The notes under the pieces were generated by a model, which saw only the letters and a program-made list of their open reading frames with translations, was not told the DNA's origin and did not search any database. Shown here piece after piece: positions 40,235 through 51,068 of a stretch of DNA of 64,000 nt (the stretch's first letter is position 1; every line of letters starts with the position of its first letter). The translations under genes were made by a program, and so were the position numbers. Source of the DNA: Squalus acanthias (Eukaryota); assembly GCA_030390025.1 (NCBI GenBank), contig CM059436.1, forward strand, positions 44,020,001 through 44,084,000, given 5' to 3'.

Positions 40235-40443
40235 GTTGAGATTTCCACATTCTAACCATTCTCTGTGTAAATATTTTTTTATAACCTGCCCTTTAATTCT
40301 TTTTGTGATTATCTTAAATTTGTGTGTTTTTAATATCACCGTCTCTCTGACCAATGGAAACAATCAATTACTATTTACCTCATCATAACCCTTCATAATC
40401 TTGCAAACCTCTATCAGGTCACCCCTTAATATCTTCTGCTCTA

Positions 40444-41780
40444 CAACAACTTGTATTTATATAGCACATTTAATGTCGTAAAATGTCCCATGGTGCTTCA
40501 CAGAAGCGTTAGCAAATAAAATTTGACACCAAGCCACATAAGGAGATATTAGGACAGGAAAGCTTGGTCAAAGAGGTAGGTTTTAAGGAGCATCTTAAAG
40601 GAGGAGAGAGAGGTAGATAGGCAGAGAGGTTTAGGGAGGGAATTCCAGAGCTTAGGGTTTATGTGGCTGAAGGGACTGCCGCCAATGGTGGAGGAATGAA
40701 AATCAAGAATGCGCAAGAGGCCACAATTGGAGGAACGCAGAGATCTCAGAGGGTTGTAAGGGCTGGAGGTTACAGAGATAGGGAGGGGTGAGGCCATGGA
40801 GGGATTTGACAACAAAGACAATGGGCTGGATTTTCTCAGCCCCGAGGAGGCGGGCATGGAGGCGGGACAGCCGGTAAAGTAGCATAAAGTGGGGGCGGAT
40901 GGCAAACCCGCCCCCATCCCGCCTCCGTGCCTTTTTGCCAGGAGGCGGGAAGATGTGCTGCTTTGGGTCCCGTCTCCTGGAGGCGGGAAAGGGATTAAAT
41001 CCTTTTAACTGCCTGTTAACAGGGGGTTAACAGGCAGAAAAAAGGATTAGTGCCATTTTACCTTCTCAGATGAAGGCTTCCCGACCTCGGAGATCCCCGC
41101 CGGGTTGGAGGAGACGTGAAGGAGGTCTGCAGGGGTCGGAAGCACCTGAAAGTAAGATGTAGAGGTGAGTGATGGGTGCAAGCGTGGAGTGGTAAGTATG
41201 GAAGGTGAGTGCTAAGTGTTAAAAAATGTTCACTTACCTTGTTTTCTGCCTACAGCCTTCATCCACCCTGGATCGGGAGACCCGACATCTTCCTTGTCGA
41301 TTTCAGACTGGCTGTTGGATCCTCCGACCCAACAGCCATCTGAAATCTACAAAGTTGAAAGGTTTGATGAGTCCTGAACACAAGGACTCATCAAACTACA
41401 GAGAATGTCAGTGTTTGACAGCTCCACAGAGCTGTCAAATGCTGACATTTCTTCTTTCAAGAAGTCTTGACAGATAGCACGTCAGACGTTGACGTGCTCT
41501 GTCAGTGACTTCCCCCTAATTGGCCTGCTGAGCCCACAGGGCAGGCTTAACAAGGTCAATCAGGGGAAAATCCCTCTGGTTGGCCAGAAGATGATGGAGG
41601 CAGGTCATTGACCCAACAAGCAGCAGTCCCGCCTCCAACTCGTCTCCATTGAGAAAATCCAGCCCAATGGTTTCGGTCTTTCCAATATTTTATTGTGGAA
41701 ATTTCTGCTCATCCAATACTGGCTGTCGAACAAGGAGTGTGACAAATCAGAGGCAGTGGAAGGGTCAAGAGAGGTAGTGG
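40444..41780 (-). mobile_element. L2 3' fragment split by a MITE
   Basis: L2 tail at 40444, KLWNSLPKP, QYWMSRNF. Confidence 0.8.
40823..41665. mobile_element. PIF/Harbinger-like MITE
   Basis: Perfect 16-bp TIR GGGCTGGATTTTCTCA / TGAGAAAATCCAGCCC and 3-bp TSD AAT. Confidence 0.88.
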
Positions 41781-41844
41781 TGGAGCCTGACATTGTGTTT
41801 TTCGCTAATTTCAACAAGGGGCAGGATGCAAATGAGAAATACTG

Positions 41845-42120
41845 TTGGAGCTCTGTACTGATTGAAGTGCTGTTAAACTGAGGCCGTGTTTGCCTGTTCA
41901 GGTGAATATGAAAATGATCATGGCACTGTTTGAAGTAGAGCAGATGTGTCCTGGCCAACATTTTTCCTCAGCCAACACCAAAAAAAACATCTTATTTCCA
42001 TTTGGGACCTTGCAGAATGCAATTAGTTGCCGTTTGTCTACATAACAAGGACTACACTTCAAAAGTAACTAATTGGAAATGAAGTGCTTTGGGACATCAT
42101 GAGGATGTGATAAGGCGTTT
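41845..42120 (+). mobile_element. Degenerate Deu-domain SINE with L2-like tail
   Basis: TTAAACTGAGGCC...GGCACT-TTTGAAG...GTCCTGGCCAACATTT core and tail GAAGTGCTTTGGGAC. Confidence 0.55.
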
Positions 42121-42165
42121 TGTTTCCATTGATCTCAATCCTCAATCCATGCCTTTATTCTGCCT

Positions 42166-42528
42166 TAGATTGAGTAGAATGGGCCTGTATTCGCTGGAGT
42201 TTAGAAGAATGAGAGGTGATCTCATTGAAACATATAAAATTCTTAGAGGGCTTGACAGGGTAGATGCTGAGAGGCTGTTTCCCCTGGCTGGAGAGTCTAG
42301 AACTAGGGGTCATTGTCCCAGGATAAAGGGTCGGCCATTTATACTGAGATGAGGAGAAATTTCTTCACTCAGAGGGTTGTGAATCTTTGGACACTAAGGG
42401 AATCAAGGGATATGGGGATAGGATAGGAAAGTGGAGTTGATGTAGAAGATCAGCCATCTTATTTAATGGCAGAGCAGGCTCGAGAGGCTGTATGACCTAC
42501 TCCTGCTCCTATTTCTTATGTTCTCATG
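42166..42528 (+). mobile_element. CR1 3' fragment
   Basis: LYSLEFRRMRGDLIETYK...SRTRGH followed by a 3' UTR. Confidence 0.9.
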
Positions 42529-42617
42529 TCTCAACGCACTACACCCCTGAAATAAATAATACTGGAAGTAGCGTCCCCCTAGTGTTATGGTTAATGTTTT
42601 TTTTAATTCATTATTTC

Positions 42618-44264
42618 TGTAAGGGATTTGCGGCTCTGTGCTTCGCCTGGGTGCTAGTGCGAGGTTAGGCCTTGTTGCCTGTTCTGGTCTCCAGCCAGCC
42701 TTGTAGCACTAGACACCTGTGAGTGGTTCGACCCACTCGCCCTTACGGTTCTGACACTGGACTTAGGTGCGAGAGCAGTAATGCAGAGAAAACTCAGGTA
42801 GACCCGGTTGAATAGTATGAAATGGAAAATCTTTATTGCATATTGTTCAAGATTACGAAATACATGTCAGTACATAAGCACAGATTAATGACAGTACAAG
42901 CTTACATACATCTATAAAACTAGGTTTAGGGAAACGAGGAGCGCACGACACATCGTAAAAGGGGACACACATTATAATTATCCTTAATAAAATCACCCTC
43001 CCCTATCAATGCCTGCTCTAATCTAGATCTGTAGGATCGAGAAACATGCTCACCACTCGTGATACCTCGGAGAATTCTACAACGGTGCTCGGCTGTTTTC
43101 GCCACAGCACCTGACTATTCACGTGTTGATCAGGGGTCTCTGTACCCCACTTGTTTACTCGCTCTGCTCCGGCTAGCAGGCTGGACCGTCTGCTGTCATG
43201 AAGATCTGTGTTGACCTCGGACTCCTGATAAAACTCGAAGAAGAGTCTTCCTGTGCCCGACACCGGTTGTCGGTAGAACTCGAAGAAAAGGCTTCTTAGG
43301 CCAGTTTGTGTAGTAACCTATAAAGTTCAAAAATGGTCTTTATATTTCGGGCGCGGTCAGGGCTTACTGACCGCGGCGGCACGTGTAGTCGTCTTCTTCT
43401 TCTTCTTGCCTTGTCTTGTTTCGTCGGGCCTTCGAGTCCCTACACCGTTTACCGACCCTTGGGATGGTGCACCCGCTTACCGGCCTTCGCAGTCCAGCTC
43501 TTCACAGATCTTCGCGGCAAGCCACGAGGTTGACTCCAGAAAAGATCCGTGGAACAAGAGTTCGGTGGGCAGCAAGAGCACGAGAGTTCGGCCCGAGCCA
43601 AAAACCATGAGTCAAGAGAGAGATGAACGTTTGTTCACTACAGTTATAGTACTGTAATTCTTTATCTCCCGCCCAATCTTAATGTTCATCTTTTGTCATG
43701 TTTTGGCGCTCAAACTTCTTGTATGGGGTGATACTTGTCTTTAATGGGTATCGGTGATACTTGTAACTGGCTAAATACCCGTTAATGTTCCTCCCATTGT
43801 GGAACCGGCTAGGAGTCTCCCTGGAGGGGTTTTGGGGGCCTCCGAATTCTTGCTGTGAGTACCCGCGAACGGCTCTCTCATCGTAGAGCCACGGGGAATT
43901 TGCGTATCAATGTCTTTGGATGGGCCCTTGATTGCTCAGTACAATAGCCCTCGTTTGTGCATGGAAAACCGATTCCAGCACTTATAATTCTTGCTTAGGT
44001 GTCAAAATGCAAAACGATCGTGTCTTGTCTTATATCAATATATGCTGAGCATTGTCCGATCTTGCTGAAATGTTTATTGGAACGCCATCTTGTCTGCCTA
44101 CTGAAAAGTCTAGAAACTTCTGCCACGAGGCGCGGCGGCCATTTTACAGGCTTCTTGTTTCCGTTTTGAAACCTGACAGCATTTTGCTGAAATAAAACTG
44201 TTTTAACGAATCTGTATCTCTCTTTCTTGTTATTTCGAAATCGCGATAATTTGCGAATTTTACA
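42618..44264 (-). mobile_element. Solo LTR (copy B), inverted relative to copy A
   Basis: Reverse complement starts TGTAAAATTCGCAA and ends CCCTTACA; 4-bp TSD TTTC at 42614-42617 and 44265-44268. Confidence 0.85.
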
Positions 44265-44464
44265 TTTCCAATAAATCACCCGTTTTACCCAGAACTATAG
44301 TATACTGTTTGCTTAACTGTATTCTAAAATATGAATTTAGAAATCGAATCACCCAGTCTCCAGCAACAAACTAACGGACACTTTCAAAATTTCCTGTATG
44401 AATTGTAACCAAAACAAGGTCCGAAATCCGAAACCACGAAAAGCCAGCTATAAGAATACTGATC

Positions 44465-44800
44465 GCTTTTAAATTTCGCGCGCTGCTCCCGCGCCGCGAG
44501 CCGCTGCCAAGGGACCTGTTTGTTGTGACCCTCTGTGCCAATCAAAAGTCGGAACGCTGAGACCGACCGACCAATCGGAATGCAGCTGGGGGGGACAGGA
44601 CGCCAGGTTTTGAAGTTGGGCGCGGGGCTCGTGCTGATTGGGCAGTTGGGCGCGCGGCTCCGGCACAGGCTGCCGGTTACACAGAATCAGCAGCCGCTCG
44701 ACTCACAGCGTCAGTCACCTGGGTCTGGAGTGTCGCCTTCAACTCATTTTTGGATTTCGATGCCCGCGGCCATTCGCCTCGTGTATATACAGAAAAAAAA
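44465..44800 (+). promoter_or_regulatory. NEK2: NEK2 promoter / 5' UTR with G2/M-type elements
   Basis: CCAAT at 44538 and 44571, reverse ATTGG at 44637, CHR TTTGAA at 44609, E2F-like TTTCGCGC at 44474, MYB-like CAGTTG at 44643 and CGGTTA at 44674. CpG-rich. Confidence 0.8.
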
Positions 44801-44896
44801 ATGCCGTCTCGCCTGTTAGACTATGAACTGATGGAGAGCATTGGTTCCGGCTCTTACGGCCGGTGCCAGAAGATCAGAAGGAAGTCGGACGGGAAA
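44801..44896 (+). CDS. NEK2: NIMA-related kinase 2, coding exon 1
   Basis: MPSRLLDYELMESIGSGSYGRCQKIRRKSDGK followed by donor GTGAGT. Confidence 0.96.
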
Positions 44897-46848
44897 GTGA
44901 GTGAGGCTCTGTTCCGACCTGGCCGTCGGCTAAACAAACCTGCGCAGCTGAGCAGTTAAACTGCGGGTTCTCCATCGACACTGACGGGCGCAGAGAGAGA
45001 GAGAGAGAGCGAGGTTTTTTTTAGCGGGGGTCATGAAGAAGTTTTGAAACACTCACTGGGGTCATCTGAACTTCAACGGAGAAGATCGGCGGAGGCGCAA
45101 AGCCGCCGCCGCCTCTGGTCCCAGACATTCCGGGAGGGGAGACCTCCGCAATCCCAGGCCAATGGGAAAGACTCTTCATTACCCCATTGGATAACTGTCG
45201 GTCCAACAGCCCTTTCCCCACCTACCTACCAATATTTCTATAGCTAATAAATGGAAGCGTTCAAAGGTGCAGAAATGATTTAACGGGGATGACACCAGAC
45301 TGAGAGGTTATACCCATCAGGGAACATTGAACAGGCTGAGGCTCTTTTTCTCAGGTGACCTGATAGAGGCCTTTTAAGATTATGAAAGGGTTTGATAGGG
45401 TAGACTTAGAGATGCTTCCACTTGTGGGGGAGACCAAACCTAGGGGCCATAAATATAATCCAGTAAATTATATTTATAGAATAGCAAAATACTGCGGATG
45501 CTGGAAATCTGAAATAACAACAGAAAATGCTGGAAACACTCGGCAGGTCAGGCAGCCTTGTATTTATAGATCCAGTAAAGAATTCAGGAGATGCTTCTTT
45601 ACCCAGAGAGTGGTTAGAATGTGGAACTTGGCATCACAGGAGTAGCTGAGGCAAATAGTATAGATGCTAGAGGAAGCTAGGTAAACACATGAGGGAGAAA
45701 GGAAAAGAAGGATATGCTGATAGGGTGGGATGAGGCTCGTGTGGAGTGTTTGGCAAAATGGCCTGTTTCTGTGTTGCACATTCTATGTAAAGAAAATGAA
45801 AACACACATGCTTTTCTAAATATCCCTATAATTTATCTCCCAGTAGACTTGCTCCAGGACAATCCTGGAAGGTTGGTAACCTTACTGGTTTTCTGCTCTG
45901 TGAGGACCTGGGTGAGGGGTATTGGTATGGAATAGGTTATTAGCAGCAGAGTTTTGGATGAGCTGAATTTTATGGAGAATAAGAGATCAGTCAGGAGAGT
46001 TTTTGAGTAATTAGATCTGGAGGTGCAGCCGAAGTGGTGGGGTTGAGGTGGAAGATATAGTGGTATATGATGGACACATGTTATTTTGGGTTGTAGTGGG
46101 TACCTTAGTGGACATGTGTCAGGGTGTACTGTAATTCCCATTGATGATTCATGACTGATATACAGATAAAATCATTTGACAATTTTGATTGATTACTAGA
46201 AAATCAAAAATTATATAGTGTATGACTTATTAGCTCCCCAATGTTATTTGTCTCTGCTCAAAGTAAAGGGTGAGATTCCTTTCCAATTGCTTAAGAGGGT
46301 AAGAGGAAGGGAAGTCCTGGACCTTCCCTAAACTTGTCTGCCGGAAGGTACGTGAGTTGCGTTGAATTACTTCTCTGTCCTATTGCCAGTTCTTAGGACC
46401 TGGCCCTTGCTTAACAATTCCACTGAATGGCATAATGAATTTGCATACCTAAAATACTATGTTTCTGCAGGATAACTTTGTTGGAGAAGGAATATAGATT
46501 GTGTGGATTTATATGGCTTTGATCTTTCATCGGTAATTGAAAAATGAAATATAGATGTCACAAGTAGGTCTGCATCAAACATCTACCTTGCATAATGTTC
46601 ATGCACAAGTTGTCAAGTCGAAGGAATCCTGCACTAAATTTCAAAAATTAAACTGCTAGAAAAGTTTACATTTAACAATGAGTACTTATAAATATGTAAT
46701 TTATCATGCAGCAAAACTTCCTGAATAATCAGATTATAAACGCAATTCTCTAATTTCAACATCAAAAGAGAAAAATACTAATCTATCTTTGCATGCCAAA
46801 GTATTGTGGTCTGTCTGAAATGGGTGTTTTCTTCACTAACATTTGCAG

Positions 46849-47066
46849 GTCCTGGTCTGGAAGGAGATGGACTATGGGTCAATGTCTGAGGCAGAGAAGC
46901 AGATGCTTGTATCGGAGGTGAACTTGCTCCGTGAACTTAAACACCCAAACATTGTTCGATATTATGACCGTATTATTGACAGAACAAATGCAACATTGTA
47001 CATAGTAATGGAGTTCTGTGAAGGAGGAGACTTGGCCAGTCTGATTAACAAGTGTATACGAGAAAG
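46849..47066 (+). CDS. NEK2: NEK2 exon 2
   Basis: ttgcAG|VLVWKEMDYGSMSEAEKQMLVSEVNLLRELKHPNIVRYYDRIIDR...|GTAAAG; 218 nt. Confidence 0.97.
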
Positions 47067-47250
47067 GTAAAGTGGGTTATAATGGATGAATATTACATTA
47101 ATGCTATAAATTGGTTGTCATGCTAAAGAAACTGTATTTAAGCTGAATGACTGTTTAATCTTTGTTTCAAACTTAAGGGAGAACGAAACTCCACATTTAT
47201 AAGTAAAGTGCTTTCCCATTAATGGGTTAACTGTTCTATCGGGAAACCAT

Positions 47251-49586
47251 GGCCTGGAATTTGCGGTCAGCGGCGAAGCGAAGGCGTTCGCTGCTGGCCC
47301 CAGAGTATGCTCCGCACAAGGAGATCTCAATCCCTGTGTCGTGAACTTTGGGCTTCCTGATATTCAATTCAATCTCTTTGTTCGAACTGCTGTGACGTCA
47401 ACAGGCTGTCCAAGCAGCTAATCAAAAGGCAGAATTCTCAGACAGCGAACAAGGAAGTGAGTAAGCTCTTAAGATTCTAACTTTAAAATAGTTAGAGCAA
47501 AAGAAAGATTTGGGACTCTCACATGAGGGAAAAAGGCAAACTGAAATAAAGATGGACAACCTTCAAAAATGTTTTTGAAAAGTTTCTTAAAAAGGTTAAT
47601 TTTTATTAAAATGGACAAATTTCAGCGAGATTGAGGAACTGAAAGAAATTAGTATTAGTAAAAAAAAAAAATAGTACTGGAGAAATTAATGGGACTGAAA
47701 GCTGAGAAATCCCCCATGACCTGATGACCTACATCCTAGGGTTTTGAAAGAGGTGACTATAAAGATAATGGATGCATTGGTTGTCATTTTCCAAAATTCC
47801 ATAAATTCTAGAACGGTTCCCGCAGATTGGAAGGTAGCAAATGTAACCCCACTATTTAAGAAAGGAGGGAGAGAGAAAACGGGGAACTACAGACCAGTTA
47901 GTCTAACATCAGTAGTAGGGAAATTGCTAGAATCTATTATTTAGGACGTGGTAACAGGGCACTTAGAAAATAACAATAATAAGATTGGGCAGTCTCAACA
48001 CAGATTTATGAAAGGGAAATCGTGTTTGACAAATCTGTTAGTTTTCTGAGGTTGTAACGAGCAGAATAGATAAGGGGGGGGGACCAGTAGATGTGGTGTA
48101 TTTGGATTTTCAGAAGGCATTCGATAAGATGCCACACAAGAGATTATTAAACAAAATTAGGGCTCATGGAATTGGGGGTAATATACTAGCATGGATTGAG
48201 GATTCGTTAACGGACAGAAAACAGAGAGTAGGAATATACTGGTCATTTTTGGGTTGACAGGCTGTAACTAGTGGGGTACCGCAAGGATCAGTGCTTGGGC
48301 CTCAGCTATTCACAATCTACATCAATGATTTGGATGAGGGGACTAAATGTAATCTATCCAAGTTTGCTGATGATACAAAGCTGGGTGGGAATGTAAGTTG
48401 TGAGGAGGATGCAAGGAGGCTTCAAGGGGATATAGACAGGCTAAGTGAGTGGGCAAGAACATGGCAAATGGAATATAATGTGGAGAAATGTGAAGTTATC
48501 CACTTTGGTAGGAAAAATAGAAAAGCAGAGTATTTTTTAAATGGTGAGAAATTGGGAAATGTTGGTGTTCAGAGGGACCTGGGTGTCCTTGTACATGAAT
48601 CACTGAAAGTTAACATGCAGGTACAGCAAGCAATTAGGAAAGCAAATGGTATGTTGGCCTTTATTACAAGAGGATTTGCGTATAAGAGTAAAGACGTCTT
48701 ACTGCAATTATATAGGGCCCTGGTGAAACCACACCTGGAGTATTGTGTACAGTTTTGGTCTCCATACAAGGAAGGATATACTTGCCATAGAGGGAGTGCA
48801 ACGAAGGTTCACCAGACTGGTTCCTGGGATGGGGGGATTGTTCTATGAGGAGAGATTGAGTAGACTAGGCCTATATTCTCTAGAGTTTAGAAGAATGAGA
48901 GGTGATTTAATTGAAACATACAAAATTCTTCAGGGCTTGACAGGGTAGATGCAGGGAGAATGTTTCCCCTGGCTGGGGAGTCTATAACCAGGGGTTACAG
49001 TCTCAGAATAAGGGGTCGGTCATTTAGGACTGAGATGATGAGAAATTTCTTCATTCAGAGGGTGGTGAATCTTTGGAAATCTCTACCTCAGAGGGTTGTG
49101 GAGGCTCAGTCGTTGAGTATATCAAGATAGAAATCGATAGATTTTTGAATATTAAGGGAAACAAGGGACATAGGGATAGTGCAGGAAAGTGGAGATGAGG
49201 TAGAAGATCAGCCATGATCTTATTAAATGGCGGAGCAGGCTCGAAGGGCCAAATGCTTACTCCTGCTCCTATTTCTTATGTTCACACTGCACAAAATTAA
49301 AATTAGGTTTTCCAGGCCCTTAACCTTTGTTTAGCAGTCAATATGCTGTTAGAACCCCAGTTACACCTAATCCCTTTGGGTCTAACTTTTAGTGGGGAAT
49401 TTAACAGCGTACTTACAGTGGAAAAGCTGAAGTTTTCATCAGTTGCCCTGATTTGGATGATTACACAGATTGCCGGCTCTGTTTAGGAGTTGTCAATGAC
49501 TGACTGCAACTTAGAGATTTCCACATGAGGTGGAATGACAGCGAACGCTGCCAGTTTACCATCAACCCGACCACAAATTCCGGGCC
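47251..49586. mobile_element. Harbinger-like MITE split by a CR1
   Basis: TIR GGCCTGGAATTTGCGGTC / GACCACAAATTCCGGGCC (16 of 18 match). Confidence 0.65.
47625..49283 (+). mobile_element. CR1 LINE (RT to 3' end)
   Basis: NYRPVSLTS, KFADDTKLGG, WQMEYNVEKC and a 3' UTR. Confidence 0.92.
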
Positions 49587-50620
49587 TTTATTTCAAGATT
49601 CCAATGTTGTAACTAGTATTTAAGTAAAGCATAATTGTGGGCAGAGTGTGTCCAAACTGTGGTCAACACACAATGGTACAATTAGATTTATTTCCCCCAC
49701 CCACCACCCCAAACGTGGCTGAGCGCATTTTGAGTGATTCTTAACATTATGATGATTTATTGGTGGTTGCAGATTGGTCACTAGTGGTAATGGTCCAAGC
49801 AATTTGAGTGATTAATGAAAGGTTTCATACAAGGGCTGTCCTGATGCCTAACCATGTTTATCAAGTGATCAGATGAGTAACACAAAACAGGAAGGTCCCA
49901 GGTTTAATTCCTGGTCTGTGATCTGATCTAAGCTGTGGCAGCAGCTAGGAGCTACAGTTATCCTCGTTGTGCTTCGATTAGGATGGGGAAAGTGGCCAGG
50001 GTTCCTCTGCTGGAAATGAGCGTGAATATTGGGTGGGGATAGCATCTGGCTCAGCTGTTTTGCCCCTGCATTCAAATAACCTTACACCACTTGGTGCCAA
50101 AGGTCGTACATGAAGAATAGCCAAAAGCAAAAACAGAAAATGCTGGAAGCACTCAGCAGGTTAGACAGCATCTGTGGAGAGAACAGAGGAGTTACCGTTT
50201 CAGGTAGACTGTGTCTTCCAGCATTTGCAGTTTTGCTTTTTATTTATGAATAAAAATAGCCATTTGGGTGAGGTATCAGATCGTGCCTGTGGAATTGTAC
50301 CGCAGCAGAATGAACACCATCTGGCAGAAAATTGGACTCTAGAAAAAGTTAAGAATAAAGGACTGTAACATCCTAGGGTACATTATTTCCAATATGCTAA
50401 ATAATTATGACAACGCTTGTGCTGCAGCAGATAATGATAGATGAGGATAATCCCTTTAGAGTGGATAGTGTTGCCTGCGTTGTTTGGTTTCAGAGTTGCA
50501 TATTTTATTTAAAACTCCTGAACTGTAGAAATATTATGAATTTGTTTTTTCTTATTGAATATTTTCAAGAGTACTGTTTCTTTTTTAAAAAATCAAATCA
50601 AATCCGTATTTGTCTTGCAG

Positions 50621-50861
50621 GCGGTATTTGGAGGAAGATTTTGCCCTGCATGTCCTTGCTCAGTTAGCTCTGGCCTTACGAGAATGTCACAGACGCAGTG
50701 AAAGTGGTCGCACAGTGCTACACAGAGATCTGAAACCTGCTAATGTCTTTCTTGATGGGCAGCATAATGTCAAACTAGGTGATTTTGGTTTGGCTAGGAT
50801 TTTGCAACATGACACTAGTTTTGCCAAAACTTTTGTTGGCACTCCATATTACATGTCTCCA
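50621..50861 (+). CDS. NEK2: NEK2 exon 3
   Basis: RYLEEDF...HRDLKPANVFLD...KLGDFGLARIL...FVGTPYYMSP|GTGAGT; 241 nt. Confidence 0.97.
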
Positions 50862-51068
50862 GTGAGTATACATTATTGATTATAATACAGTGATAGATGC
50901 AATGACCAATTTTAATAATCCTGAAAATTATGTATTTTTTTTGCATATCTGATTTTCCAATAATTTCTGCATTTCAATGATTAAGTAATCCTGGGGCATG
51001 ATGCTTTGCTACTTAGCTGCAAAAAAATTACATTACCCTTTTTCAATAGGGATGTTTTCTGAATGTAG

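Noticed and set aside
38463-44264. One giant DNA transposon with ~1.5-kb TIRs
   Set aside because: Each repeat has its own TG...CA ends and its own 4-bp TSD, and the outer flanks (GTTG versus TTTC) do not match.
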